DNA of 64,000 bases from Calcarisporiella thermophila CBS 279.70 (GCF_041956535.1 NW_027192204.1:193696-257695), one strand, 5' to 3'; counted from the first letter of the stretch, positions 37,214-51,953 are shown. The notes: generated by a model from the letters alone, not told the origin. Numbers and translations: made by a program.

Positions 37214-37502
37214 GGTCTTATTTTTGGATAATATTGAAGCAAGTTTAGGTTAAGTTACAACTTGACGGTTGAATTTGAATAATTTATCATTTAAAATATA
37301 ATCAATTAAAATTGAAATAATATTCAAAAATTTCATAAATTCAAAAATTCTCAAAAAAATATTTTCGATAAAATTTTCAAATATTTTTCTTTGAATTATT
37401 ATTCAACGAAAATTCATAAATTTCATTTAACACTTCTCGCAAATTATCTTGGTGGCATTATATTTCGAATTTGTAATTTCGCGATTTTCTTGAATATTTT
37501 GA

Positions 37503-38777
37503 ATGAATTACTGGAAAGAACTCAATATTAATCCGCAACTCCAAGCTAAACTTGATAAACGAGGTGAAGTATAATATTATTATTCCATTACCCTGCATAT
37601 TTCTAACGGATATAACCGATTTATAGGTAAGGTCTATGATCCACCATCCGATCTTCTCTTCGAATCACCCATCGTAACTCAACAAATGCTGTGTATTTCG
37701 CCCTTTGATGTAAATACACTTCAACATGCGGCCTCAAACCTTCTCGTACCCCAAAAGTTTACAGCACACGAACTCTTAAATACCGAAAAAATGTTGACTA
37801 CTGGTGATTCGCAACTTGATCAAGTATTAGGAGGTGGAGTGGTGGTTGGAGGTGGAATCACCGAGTTATTTGGAGAGAGGTAATTGAATTGACAACAAAA
37901 TATGCTTATATTTATTATAAAATAGTTGCTAATAGTGGAACTGGTAAAACACAATTCTGCATGCAATTATGTTTGACAGTACAACTTCCAGAAGAGAATG
38001 GAGGATTAGATGGAGGTAGAATATTAATCGAATGTGGAAATTATATTATCACGCCCATTTCTCACTTAAACTGTTTATCTTGTAGAAGCAATATATATGG
38101 CTTGTGAAACAAAACTTCCTCTTAGACTCCTCCACAGGCTTCTCCCTACATTTCGCACTCGTTTTCCATCTCTACCCATAAATGCATCTTCTCGAATACA
38201 TTTCCATATACTTCCAGACGTAGACACCCAATTGCATATATTACGTTATCATTTACCCGCGTTTCTTGAGCAACGTCGCGGCCGCGTACGCTTAATTGTG
38301 GTTGACTCGATTGCGGCAAATTTTCGGGCTGAATGGGAAGATATGCGAGCAAAAACGGAATCCATAGCAGGAAAAATAGGAAGCAAAAAAGAAAAAGGAA
38401 ATATTGGAAAAATAGAAGCAGGTTTTGATAAGAATCATGAGTTGTGCGAAATGGCAATAATGTTAAAACAAATCGCATCGCAAGGCGTGGCAGTTGTATG
38501 CGTTAATGAAGTTTCAACCCGAATAAGCACTGAGACTATGTTCACTGACGAATTGGCAGGATATTATGGAAATCGAAATAAGAGGTTTAACCCAGCCTTA
38601 GGATTAGTTTGGTCAAATGCTGTTAATACTCGGATACGTCTGTCACGAGTAAGGAAAACTAACGATAATAGTTCAAGATCAGAGAAGCGATGGCTAAATG
38701 TAGAGTTCGCATCTCATGCGCCAGCAAATATCCAAAGTGCTTTTCATATCAGAGAGGACGGTTTATATTCTGCCTAA
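37503..38777 (+). CDS. XRCC3: RAD51 paralog XRCC3/Rad57-like
   Basis: TTGDSQLDQVLGGG, Walker A GES|GTGKTQ, LTVQLPEENGGLDG, LIVVDSIAANFR, PALGLVWSNAVNTRI. Confidence 0.9.
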
Positions 38778-38973
38778 ATTAGTAGATTTCATCAGAGTAT
38801 TAATTTTGAAAGCATAATAAACGATTACAATAAATATTGTATTATGAATGGAAAAATAATGCAGAGATAAAAAAACAGTCTATGTGAATACTAATATTAT
38901 AATTGTATTATATAAAGAGGACAGAGTAAATAAATTGAGTATAAGTATGGTATACATTTAGGAAAAATCTAGT

Positions 38974-40054
38974 TTAATTGCATCCAGAATCGCTTGCCAT
39001 AATAATGTAGCCTCGGTCTGCTACAATTCCCCTTGACTGAATGACTGCAGAATAGCGTATTACCCATCGTGGCACTACAGATTGTTTCTCGTTAGATAAA
39101 ATTTTGTGCTCACGCAAGATTGAATCCAATGTTGAAGCTGGTAATATATCACTACAATCTCCATGTGTCAATAGTTCAATATTCTGCTCTCGCGCAAACT
39201 GCATAAGATCTTGCGGGATAGCACAGCAGTCGTCTAGATTCACTTGATTTACTGCTGGTGGAACATTGACCCCAGATTTAAGAAATACTTCGAGATGAGA
39301 CTTTGAGAATTCGCTGATGCCAAGTGTCTTAATATGACCGTTCTGCTTGGCTTTCTCAAGTTCCTTAAGTTACATTTAAAAGATATGAAAAATATTAATA
39401 TATAATTATAAATAGTAAATAAGCTAATTCCAACTAATACTTACTCTCCATACAAGAATTTTTTTATCAATATCATCTCGTTCTTTTTCCTCATCAAAGT
39501 CGTAAAAGTTAACACCGCTGAATGATAGAATTAGGGTATCTACAGTATTAGAGCCTAATAATTTTTCGAGATAGCTTAGAGCTTCAGAAATGTACTCGGG
39601 TGGAGGGCGGTTTAAATGATTTGGATCAGAACATGGCAGATAGAAAAATTTCACTATGAGAAAAGATAAGCAATAGGATATCAAGAACTATATTTCTTGA
39701 TATTACCAGTAATATCAATATCACTCCTTTCCTCGTCAGGCGCTTTACGATCTCGGATGTCGGGAACTTCAAGAATTCTCTGAACTTCATCATAGCAAAA
39801 AGAAAGATATTCTGATCCCATTGAAGTTGAAAATGTATCTTTAAGAGACTTAACGAGCTAGGATTAAATCATTCAATTAAGTATTTCTTGACTAAAATGA
39901 AACTTCAAATCGATATGATTACTTCAGTATTCGATTTTCTCAAAGATGTATTTGATCCAGCAGTCCCTGTTTGAATTAGATTCCCAGTATAAACTACTAA
40001 TTTTTGAAAGGATGGAATTCCCTTATTGCAGCCATTAGAATGAGTTTCTTGCAT
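38974..40054 (-). CDS. GCLM: Glutamate-cysteine ligase modifier subunit (aldo-keto reductase fold)
   Basis: YTGNL near the N-terminus, LGISEFS, VNQVNLDDCCAIPQDL, IELLTHGD, WVIRYSAVIQSRGIVADRGY. Confidence 0.88.
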
Positions 40055-40363
40055 AGTGAACTAATTGCAGAATCGATCTGATAATGAAAAAAAAGACAAA
40101 CTTCCGGATATTAGAATTAAAATCTCTAGTTCGTTCCGATAGGTTCGTAGATTGTGCCATTGTGATACCTAACGGATATTCTGATAAAAACTACAATATG
40201 ATTGAGATTTTAATAGGATGATGTATATTCAGCGTAATAATAAAAAAAAAGTAATATATATAGACGAGTAACAAAAAGGAACCATACATACAAAATTTAA
40301 ATGATAATACAAACAAATTTAAGTGGTTAAACAATAATTTCAGAGATTTCTACGATACTGCCA

Positions 40364-43300
40364 TTATTGCTGACGCTTGTTGCGACGATGAGGGAGCGGA
40401 AGCGGGGAGATAGGGAGGGCAGGAAGTTCGAGAGATCGCATTGAGGATAAAATCCAGCTCTTATCGCTCTTATTGCCCTCGTCGGTATTGCTTCGATTCC
40501 CACTCTCGGTCATTATCTCGAGCTCTTCGCTGGATGAAACTGAATTGCCCGAGTTAATTAGAACTGCTCTATTTGAAGAACTTTGAAAAGGTACTGCTAT
40601 TGATGAAGGTAATGAGGTAGATAGCGTGCCTTTCTTGCTACGCTCATCAACAAGTGTCCACTCTCCGTCATCATCCACTCTGAGATCGAGCCATGAATCA
40701 GAATCAGTGTCCTTTTTCATTCGATCCCGAGCAAATTCTAAATCTCGGTACAAAAATCGAATGGCGTTCTTCACACCATTTTCCTACAAGTAAATATAAT
40801 ATTAAGAAGCTGTTTTATTGATTTTCATAAAATATAATAATACCTGGCGGATCTGCTCACTGATCTGGCGTGCTCTCCCAATAATTTTTACATCGGTGGT
40901 AACCGTTAAAATGGCATCAGCAAGCTTCTCTACAGTCAACTTTTTAACACAGACACCTAAGCCCATTTCTTGAATACGATCGCCCCAAAAGAATTGGTCA
41001 CCAAAGAATGGTTTAATAATAGTGGGTACCCCTGCAAGTAACCCAGCAGCAGTGGTACCTGCTCCACCATGATGCACTAGAGAAGCAAGATTAATATATT
41101 GAAATTTCTATAAAATTTATAATAAACTCTTACCAACTGCATGAATACGTGGGAATAACCAATCATGAGGAATGGAGTCAATGTTGTATATGAAATCAGG
41201 GGCTTTTTCAAGTTTTTTATCTGCTACCTTGTTCTTAATACTTGAGTTCTTCTCCTGCATTCTAGCTGACCAGCCCTTACATACAATCGCACGCACTCCA
41301 ACTCGTTTTACAGCCTCAATAATTGTCTCCGTTAATTGATCAGGATCGTCAACAAGAATACTACCAAAGCCAATGTAGACTAGCGGGCGATTTTCAGCGC
41401 GAGCATTTTCCAAAAACAATTCAAGATCCTCAGGAGGACTCCAATCGCGTTCGGATTGTTCTAAAAACCAGTACCCAGTTGTATGAATCCAATCCATCCA
41501 ATCAGGCGGATGTGGAACGATAGTAGGACTGAAGGCATAGAGATAGGGGACACGATAGAGATCCAATTTTTCTAAAGTGGTTGGGGGAAGATCAAGTACT
41601 TCTTTTCGGAAACGATTAGTTTGGTAGGCTGTGGCCCGATATAGAATATGGTCAATCATTATATAAGTCATTTCGTTATAAAGTCGGCCTTTGGGCGTAT
41701 CAGGCATAGCAAAAGGGTGGGGGAAATCCCGAGTGCGAGTCCATGGCATGGTGAAGGCACGAAAATAAGGAATGGATAATTTTTCAGCAATGTGAACACC
41801 GACCATGACAGCACTTGGACTCTCAATTAACAATCGTGTGCCTTGGCACGCCTCCCAGGATTCTTGCATCAGATCATCAAACCATCCACGGAACTAAATG
41901 ATGAAATCTCATGTTATTCAAGCATAAAAATAAACAAAGCAATTCGCAAACTGACCCTACGGACACCTTCTCGCAAAAAATTATATGAGAACATGCCATA
42001 GTCAATGCAGATTTGCATTAGTTCTCCAGGATCACCGCCCACACGTCTAAATTCAATCCCATGACTCTCTATCCACCTTTGGTATTCAGCATGTGTGGCA
42101 ATGCGACATTTGTGTCCATCTTTCATTAGTCCCTAAATAACAATGGGTAAGGCTATAATTATCAGAAAAAGAAAATGAAGTGTTATAATACTTTGCAAAG
42201 CGCTATATAAGGTTGAACATCGCCGCGAGAGCCAATTGTTAGACAAGTAATATGTAGTGTCTCTGATGGCTTGGTGTGTTCGTACAAGGATGCATAAGGT
42301 GCAAGAAGTGGAGGGCCTTCTGAATGCAGAAAAAATTGCAAGACAAAGTAAAATATTAGCTACTTAACAAATAATAGTGATAGCAAATATACCCTTTGTA
42401 ACAGGTGGCTGCACATGAGTTACATGGGGACCCAAATCCTCTTCAATTAATACCTTGTTCTCATTAATTTTTCTAATAAATAATAAAATTAAATTAAATT
42501 ATTTGTTATTTTATCTTAACATAGATTTTAAATAACCGACTCTGAAGAGGTTTCAGAGGGAGCAGGCTTTCCACTTTTAACTCTTTTAACTTGTTGTCCA
42601 AGAATACGAAAGCATTTATCTCGAAGATTGCTTGAGGAAAATTCAAGAAATACCTAGCAAAATATGTATAACTGAATTTGAGCAATAGTAATAAAAGATG
42701 TTGTAGCCTAAACACGCACCTCTTCTTGACTCTTTGCAAGTATCCCAAGCCCATAAAAGAAATAGCCAAAGCTTTTATGTTTTTGAATATATTGTATATC
42801 GCTCAAAGGAATTATCAGCTGTATTATTAATAAAAAAAATATTTAGACTTGTTTGCATACAAATAATATGTAGATTTACCTTGACTTTCGCTCCTGGTAC
42901 GCGGGATTTGAAACACAAATGATTTGTAGAGATGTAAACCTTTCCGTAATAAGGTAATGTGCGTAGCAAATGAGCAACAAATTCTGTTAGAGTATAAACA
43001 GAAATGTTTAGTGATTGGGCTTTGTGAATGTTTCTCTCCCGAACTTACCTGCTATAACCTCTTCCTTATCACTAAGAGCAAACGATTTTCTATAGTCTTC
43101 ATTTAGTTTATCACGTGCTTGAAGCCCATAGCAATTGCCAGCATTAATGCCACCGTAGGAGTAAAGGTGATCAAAAGAAGAGGACCACAGGTCATATACC
43201 ATCTTAATGCCAGACTTCCTCTTCTCATTCAACCAAGTAAGCATGGCTTTATCACTATCCGCATCGCTATTTGATAGATAAGTAATACTGCTGAAAAAAT

Positions 43301-45096
43301 TTTTTTTAAAAATACCTTTTTGATAGCTGATGTGGCTTAGACGAAGAACGGGTCGTATCCGAAGTAGATGCTACATCGTTTTTATCCATCTGAATGGAGG
43401 TTCTGGTAAATTCTGAGCGACTTTTCTGGTGAAGGCGCCATGTCTCTTTAAGTGTATTGCAAGCATGCTCGGTGTCATAGAAGTAGGCAAAATAGTACTA
43501 CAAGAATACTAATTACTACTAAAGCAAAACTAACGCTAGAAAATTTAACAATACTAAATTACCTCGTCCATTGCGTAACTTTCATCGTTATCTATCACTT
43601 TTAAACGTATAGTATCTGCAAGCTCAAATCCCACATTTCCTTCGATATCGATTACATTTTCCAGAGGAAGCACAATCTTCATTGAAACATAAAGCATATG
43701 GGATTTCATAAAATATAAAATATATTATACAATTTACCTTAACGCTATCGCCGCTATTTTTAGCTCTGAAGATTGCTTTTTGAAGAGGATTAATCCTAAA
43801 AAGGATAGAAAGATGCATTAGTTGGCGAATGTATGATTTAGAAATAAAACACTACATACCATTCAACCATTGATTGTTTAGTATCTGCTTGAAAATGATA
43901 AGTTCGATTTATTGTAATTATTTTGAATCCGAATTCTCGGTGTTTGCAATTCTCTACGCCTAGCGCATACTTCAAGTCAATTGCTCCAATTGGATAATAA
44001 AGATCCTAATATATTTATAATATTAACAGTGAAAAGTATTTTTTTAATAAAATAAATATTTACCGTTGAACTCTCATACCAGCTCAATACATCATTCTTC
44101 AATTCAAACCAGTATCGTGTCATTATCTTTGTGGTCTTTGATCGTTTAGAAAGGAATCCCGTTTTCTGTGCGGTCTCCTGATATGATTAAATGCAAACAG
44201 CAGAAAAAGCGAATGTTGCATGCTTTAAAATGCAGAATGATCATGTGAAGCAGTTTTTAGGCATACCTGAGACTTCGGAATAGAGGCATAGAAACAAACA
44301 TGGTGTGATGTTAAATATAGGTATCCTGGTAAGAGAACTGTTCGCACAAGCCAACATGGGAACTCTTTTTACATCACGGTATAGCTGGTCATTAAAAAGT
44401 ATATGAGTAGATAGAAAAATCAAAATGATGTACTACCTCCTTTCAGTTCTTCGATTTCTGGGAGCTGAAAAATTTGTTGAAGCTTCTCTGGAATCGATTT
44501 ATCCGGTTGATCCGGGACCTCAGTAATATCTTCACCAGCTGCTTCCTCTTCTTCAGAGGATTCGCTATCAAGATCTTGTTTACGGATAGAAGGGCGAGAT
44601 TTAGTTCTCACAAGCTTTAGCTCGCTGCTATCCCCTTCAGTTTGTGATAGGCTGAAATTCGGATATATTGCGTTCAAGGAGTAGCCTAGTTCAGTAGATG
44701 GCACTGGTAGAAATAGAATCGTGTGAGAGAATCGAATGTTGAAGGATAATTGAAAAGCTCTACCTTCGGCTGAATTATCTTCTTCTGACTCGAGAGACTA
44801 TGTAATATAGAAAAATATTAGTGAGCCAAGAAATAAACACTGAGCAATTGGGTTGGATAATTAATAATTCAAGATCATCCGATCTTATCTATTTTTCTAT
44901 AATTTCTCTGCAACTTATCCTGCCCTATCATGATTTCTCTTTTTTAACATAATTCCAAAAACTAGAAATTTACCGCTTTACACGCCGCCGTCATAAATTT
45001 CATAAAAGGACCGCCATATTGACTCTGAGCGACATCTACAGTATCTTGGTGATTACTGGTTGATTCGGGGCTAGGAGATCTTGAACTCCAGGACAT
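40364..45096 (-). CDS. ATG26: Sterol 3-beta-glucosyltransferase (GRAM-PH-GRAM-GT28-UDPGT)
   Basis: GRAM motif [72 protein letters not shown]. Confidence 0.95.
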
Positions 45097-45341
45097 AATT
45101 ATGATCTATAGAGATGTAAATTCTAAAAAGCAAACGCAATTGATTTAGAAATCAACTGACTGAAAATTGATAAATCGAGAAAATGAAAAGGCCGGAGTCT
45201 GAAAGGAATTTTCAAACGTAACGTCATTTCGTGAAACCGCTCTTGCTGAATCTGAATAGCATTTTAGTGAAGCGAGATCTCTCAATAATATTAATTTACG
45301 AATAACTTTATTGAGCTGATTATAAAAGTGACATTCACAAT

Positions 45342-46470
45342 TCAATTATCCAAAGGGAGGAATTCATTTACAACGAAATGTCGTAATTCTTCAGCCCTGG
45401 ACCAATAAATTATTTTAGCCTTGATTTTTAATTTTGCGCCCGGCGATGTCCCCAAGAGAGTGTAAAGTGCTCGATCCGTGCGACAGAAAAGAAAATCTTG
45501 GCTTCTTAGTCTTGTTGCCGGGCAAAAGTCATTCTAATTAATTACACTTAGATTAATACTTATCAGTATAGAGTGTTAAGGGCTCTAACTTACCATCCCA
45601 TCTCCAACGTACATAATTCGATCAAATGGGGCTTTGTTGTTAATGTATTTTTCTAGCTCAATACCTTAAGATACAATTATATGCTCTGGGAACCCATGCC
45701 GCAATACTTTCTAACTTTCTTATCTTACCTTTACATAAGTTTACTTTGCATAGACTCTTGCAATTGTGAGGTTTATCATTCAGCCCAATATATCGACGTA
45801 CACATAGGCGACCGTTTTCGTTATAACCAGCGGGGTTTGTTATAATCTTTGTAAAATAGCTTCGAATACCATACTCCTTTCAATTCAATCAGTATCGGTT
45901 AATATACCAGTCGAAAAATAAAATCTGAAATAGTATACATTGAGAACAGTATCGATGTAAACTTGGTTGGAATCAGAGAGAATAAGCATCTCGCATCCTT
46001 CATCATTCATATTATGCAATAACCTGAGCATTGCTGGATCCTATGTATTAGATACAGAATATATATTAAATTTTCCCAATACTTAGGTAATTAATAATTA
46101 AATTCACCATTGGAATTGTTTTTAGCGCGGCCTCTATATCTCTTTCTGTAAATCCACGATTGTAAAGTTCACCTAAAAGTTCATGTCTAATACAAATAGG
46201 TAAGTCTTTGTCGTAGGAAAAGGTTTCAGATCCGACTCAACTGTAAATCTGTCCACTGCTGGTAAGGTGAAGTCTCTAGGGCTATTTGTCTTTTAGAAAG
46301 TTCATTATCTAGGCACTTGAATACCCAGTGATCTGTATCTTCATCGACCATAGACCTATACACTTGTTATGTCTATTTAACTAATTCGACAAACTATTCG
46401 TTAAATATTACCAATCAAAATCATACACCACTAATAGACGTGGTCTTATGCAAAGTGAACTCTCATTCAT
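45342..46470 (-). CDS. PHOSPHO1/2-type HAD phosphatase (pyridoxal-phosphate phosphatase family); 7 short exons, absent from the ORF track
   Basis: Spliced by hand: MNESSLCIRPRLLVVYDFDW|SMVDEDTDHW..., LILSDSNQVYID, IITNPAG, NLCKG, RIMYVGDGM|NDFCPA, ending EFLPLDN*. Confidence 0.9.
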
Positions 46471-46727
46471 TTCTTACTGCAGTGGAATGTAGGATGAAAA
46501 AAAAAAAAGATTAAGTGAAGAGAGAAACCCCTTCTGAGAACATCTTCTAATATTTATAATTGATTATAAATTCGACAGTCGCATAGTATCGAATCATTCT
46601 TTGCTCGTGTTCTAACAACTCGCTCCACATTTACGGCAGTCACAATGTTACACAAATATCCAAAGAAATCTGGCGGGTAAAAATATCAATATATTGAATA
46701 CAAATATCGAATTGCTATATAAAAATG

Positions 46728-49700
46728 TCAAGAAAACAGTTGGTTTAGCTCCATCAACTGGTCTCTATACATATGTTTTGAACTTGATGTAGAGCCTCCA
46801 GAGGATCGAATTGGGCTAAAGCCGTCCGCTCCAGTGTCTGCGTTCATATCATACATTAATCGAAGCATTGTTGTATATTCTTCGCGAGAATATGCTTTAG
46901 ATTCGCGAATCAATGAAAGCATACCCTTATTTATAGATGTAATAAATTTGTTAAAATTTCAACAATAATTTAATCTTAATTCCAAGCAAATACCTGGGGA
47001 CCGAGGTTAAACATCTCATAGTAAGTTTTCGAATGACTGAGGGTGATCTCACGAGTAGGTTGGATAATATTAGTCAAATTTTGTTGCAGTGCCATGATAT
47101 TGCGAGTCATTTTCTGCACCCCATGTTTGTTGAGATAGGGAATGCTCTCAGCGCCGAGGATAAGAAGACGATTAAATAGCCCAGGAAGACCATCGAATAT
47201 AAATCTAAATAAACATTATTTCAACGATATATATATATATATATATTTGACACACTATTTTACTTACTGTCTTGCTTTATCTGGTAGGGTTAAATTCATG
47301 CTCTCATCCCATGAAACTAAAATAGAATTTAGAATAGTTACATTGGGGTCTGGCTCAGTTGTTTCGTCTTCCAGATTGTAATTTCCCTATTGTACAAGAT
47401 GTTAGAAAAAAATATACAAGAATCTAATATCATTCGATGGACTCAACCTGACGAACAATTAAATCAATATAATAGATAATTTGACATCGCAGCTCAATTC
47501 GAAGGGTGAAAAGGCAGGTTTGAGCTAACTGCTTGTAGTTGGTTAAAATTTCTTCAAAATGACTAAATTTGATCATTGAGTTATTAAGAATGTAAATAGA
47601 CGCCGAAGTACGAATATAAATATTTAATGCGTGGTATCTTACTTTGAAATTTCTGCACTTAACGGTAAAAAATGACGCTCTTTATCTCCATTGTATTCAT
47701 CAAAAGTTTTCTGTTGCACAATCTGTGAATTATCGACCTCTTCGTCTGATTGATAGGCATCTAGAAAATCCACATCCAAATCGTTTGTAGCGTCTCTCTG
47801 GATGATCTTGCCTTGCTCCCCAACGAACCACTGAATACTATAATATAGACTTCCAAGCGCGGCTAATTGTTTGGTATTAAGAATAAGAACAGTTGGAGAT
47901 AGAGCTTTTTGGCCTTTTAAGTCCAATTCTAGCATTATCTCCTTATCATTTAGGGCGTAAAGTGTCTCTAGGTCATTATCCTATTATAATATACGAATAT
48001 AAATTATTTTATCACAATGCTTATTTATCGGTACATATTACAGTTCGAGTATTATAAAATGGGTTCTGAGCGAGGAGAGTTGATAGCGATTCTTCTTGTG
48101 CCCACATTGCAGAGAAACTGACAGCGATCTGTCTTTCTTCATTGCCTATTGATCCTTTTGAAACTAGGCCTATATATCGGTATAGCTTAAGCTTCCTGTA
48201 AAGTTTCAGTAGATAATAATCTTACTTTGGTATCTTCCCACACACTTTTCATAATATTTTAATAAAATGACCTCAACCAAACGAACAATTTCATCTTTGT
48301 GTAGTGGCATATTATGTAAAGTTCGTGATAGACCTCGAGTAAGAGCTATGATTGCTGAAACACTCTGTAAGTAATGAAAATTTTCATTATAAGTGTTGTT
48401 AGTTTATATAGGGAATAAGGGAAACTACCTTCGCAAGGGGTCGTTCGGACAGTTTTACATTAGAATCTTCCTGAAAGGTATCTGATTCAACTAGAAGATC
48501 TTAAGATTTAAAAATGTTTTTTTTTTTAAATAGAATATAGCTTTAAATATACCATTAGTACATTGATGGAATAACTGCAACACCTTGTCTTCAAATTGAG
48601 GTAAAAAAACATTTAACACAAATTCATCCAGGAACCCAGTAACTTCTGCAAGTGCTTCAGATGGTCTACATATGTAATAAAAAAATGAGCAGAGAGTTAA
48701 TTTGTATTTATAAGAATCTCTATAATATTTACCCAGACGGCACCATATCCCGCACTCGATCAAGAAAAGAAAGAGTAGGTTTCAAAAGTGCCATGGCATT
48801 AAAGACCCACGGACGAACCACCAGCCGGTGACCTGTGGTTATTTGCAAATCTGCAAATTTATCAATCACAGACGAAGAGAATACCACACCCTGTTTATCC
48901 ATTGCAAGAGCTGCCTTAGGGGCACTTTCTCGAAGCCGCTGTGATATCTCTTGAGATATTGGAGTGTACACTTGCTCCGAAGAAGTTCTTGAAGAATCCA
49001 TGAGTTTGAAAATTTGCTAGAATGAAAATAAAAATAAATAGTGGAGACTAAACAAATGAAATAAAATACTCTTACTTTATTTCTATCTCTAGGCTTATTA
49101 CTCTCGTGTAAAACTTCGTTCATTGAAAAGATAGAATGGTCATAGGCCATGGCTTGGCTTACACCCTCGGATAAATAGCTATTGAGAATAGCTCTAACTT
49201 CTGTCTGCACAGCTGCCCAAATATCCTTAAAGGTATATATGTATGGGATTCTTTGTCCTATTTACGTCCATAAACGCATAAAATTTCAACCATAAAATAT
49301 AATAAAAATGATGTCGTACTTATTTTTTCCAATCTCTATGTTCAATCCATTGAACAAAACTATTTTTAGTGCTTGCTTATATTCCACAATTGATAAAAAT
49401 TCACCTTATTGATTTTAAGCGCAACGTGAATTATTGCTTGATGCCCGGCAAGGACGGCCTCAAGTTTGGAATAGAGTGACCACATAAATCCACGAAGTAT
49501 TGACTGTTCTTCCTCACTCTCGCTGGCTTGCAACGAATATTGTTCTAGTGCATCTCTAGTTGAAACGTAGCTCTCACTCTGATTCATATATACAGCAGAT
49601 CTAATTAGGGTGGATAGGTTGTTATTAGTAGATTGATATACTTTGTTAGTATCCATATCCTTGAAAAATATTGTATATTTTTGTAATTGAAATCAAACTA

Positions 49701-51380
49701 TACCTTTCTTCCACATCTGTTATAGTCTTGTCCACTAATTGATATATCTCAACGGGGAGTCGCTGTTGAATAACCTCAAGAGCTTCTGGTAACTTTCCAA
49801 GTAACCCTAAAGCTTCAACTAATATTTCAATGTAATAAAGCGAATCAGTTTCTGGGTTACGCTCAAGATCGTCGATGACCTGTTATGGTTTAGGAAATCA
49901 TCTTTTAGCAAGGGATATTGCACGCATGAAATATAGGAAAATACCATATCATCCTCGTCATTTAAGATATTAGCAAGTGTCGTATCACTTGTGCTTGTCT
50001 TAATTTTTGGGAGATAGTTTGTTCCTATTTAAGAATATTAAGTAAGAAATGAATACATATAGGAATGATTAAAAATATACCGCGAGTTTTTCTTTGCTTC
50101 CTTCTACCAATAGAGGCACCCAGCAACTTCGACTCTTTTACAACATCAATGCTTGAAATAGAGATAATTAACGGATGCGTCTAGCAGTTAAAGGAGTGCT
50201 CAAATTACCTTGCTATAGAATAAACATATTTTTCATAAAATTAATACTGGCTTAAAAAAGTGTATTTAGGTTGCATAAGTATACCTTCTTCATTTTCTGG
50301 CAGATATTTAGACCAACGATTTTCACAATACGGACTTTTTAAATAAATGTGGTTATGAAGTTCCTCAACCAGAATTTCATGCACAGACTACAGGAATAGA
50401 TAATAAAAACTCAGTATTCCCTATCTATTTTATGCTCGATATATACTTGAATCCCTTACTGCTTTTTGCGCATCAAGATAACTCCTGAGATCATCTAAGG
50501 CCCCGATTTGTTTCATTTCTGACTTATGGATGGTATTAAGTGCACCCATAAGAGTTTGTGCCGCAGCAAGATAGTGCTTCTCCTGGAATAGTTTTTCTAA
50601 TTTTACAGGAATAGCCTTCAACCCTTCACTATTTGATTTATTAGTAGAGTAATATCAGTGATAAAGGAAAAAAATACCCACATTTCGTCTAAAATACGTA
50701 TCATCTCTTTATACTGCAAACTTCGGTGCCATAAAGGAAGAAGGTCAGATCTCTTGGAGAGTAATATTCCTTTTGACTTCAAAAGTTCTTCCTTTAGCAT
50801 ACTTATGCGATTTTGAGAGTCTAGATAGCAATTTTAATATATATATTTAGTCTGCTAAAAAAATTCTCCTTACCGGATAACCGACTTGATACACTTGTAA
50901 ACGCGCTAATGGAGCCATTAAATCCTTGATAATAGTCTGTGATATTGCAGAGCAATGGTTCGTTATATCGAAGTAATTGAATATTCTATTGCGATAACTG
51001 TTACCATTTGCAATTGCATGCAACACTGAATCGAGTCCTCTGAGCGTTTTTTGAAACGAATTATAATCTTTGCTGAGTCCTACAGAGCTTTCGTCAAGTA
51101 ATGCAAGGGCCAATGTCACTGGATCAAACTAAAAAAAGCGAATTAGTCAAATCAAAATTCAAAAAAAGAATACATTATGTCAAAATTACATCTTCAGACA
51201 ACATAAACGCCCAATCATTTTCGACGCGTCGCAATACAGCTATAGTTCGAGAATATTAATTAATAGAAAATATATATGATTTGGATTCCTAATATTTGAA
51301 CCATCAATCTCCGCGTAATTATCTTGTGAAGTTTTTCGAATTGGTCTCCTTAAATCTCTACTCATCATTGCAGAATTCAT
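46728..51380 (-). CDS. SEC8: Exocyst subunit Sec8 (EXOC4)
   Basis: FDPVTLALALLDESSVGL, VEELHNHIYLKSP, NPETDSLYYIEILVEAL, FLDEFVLNVFLPQ, NILALQQNL. Confidence 0.93.
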
Positions 51381-51509
51381 TTAGTTACAGATCTGGTTGT
51401 TAGAGCAAATACGAAGTCCGCAATAATTTGGTAGTTTGCTCAAATTTAGTGACGTCTTAAAATTTCAAGCGAAAACATCTTTCTCTCTAGATTGCAATTA
51501 GGAGCAGTA

Positions 51510-51953
51510 ATGGCACAAGTCGTAAAGGAAGGTCTCAAAAAGGTTTACTTCCCAAATATTGTGTTTCGTATGGTCCGCTCTCCAGGTTTACAGCCTAATC
51601 AAGTGGCATTTCGTATTCCTCCTAAAGTAAACAAGCTCGATGTCAAAAGCTACTTGCAGAATATTTACAATGTGCGCGTGCTTGACGTAAGAACAATGAA
51701 TTACCAAGGGGGTGTGAAAAACACACTGCGGGGGAAAGAGCGGGAGAGCTCGTATAAAAAGGCGGTAGTAACGTTAGATCATCATTTCAAATATCCTACT
51801 GAACCAAATCTTGAAGAAATGGGCGTGAATCAAGCTGATCTTATGCGAGGAGTAGCCGACCGCAAGCTAAGAGGATGGAGAATACGACCAAGAAAAGAGG
51901 TTAAAGATCAGTTGAACGCAATGTATAGTAAAGCATCGGAGGAGAAAAAATGA
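51510..51953 (+). CDS. MRP20: Mitochondrial ribosomal protein uL23 (Mrp20)
   Basis: KVYFPN, AFRIPPKVNKLDVKSYLQNIYNV, VRTMN, YKKAVV. Single exon. Confidence 0.9.
   Translation: MAQVVKEGLKKVYFPNIVFRMVRSPGLQPNQVAFRIPPKVNKLDVKSYLQNIYNVRVLDVRTMNYQGGVKNTLRGKERESSYKKAVVTLDHHFKYPTEPNLEEMGVNQADLMRGVADRKLRGWRIRPRKEVKDQLNAMYSKASEEKK

Noticed and set aside
30513-38777. DNA-repair gene cluster (PMS1, DDI1, XRCC3)
   Set aside because: The pathways are unrelated and interspersed with a splicing factor, so chance adjacency is sufficient.
45432-45527. Inverted repeat TTTTGCGCCCGGC...GCCGGGCAAAA as an ncRNA
   Set aside because: It lies within the last coding exon of the HAD phosphatase.
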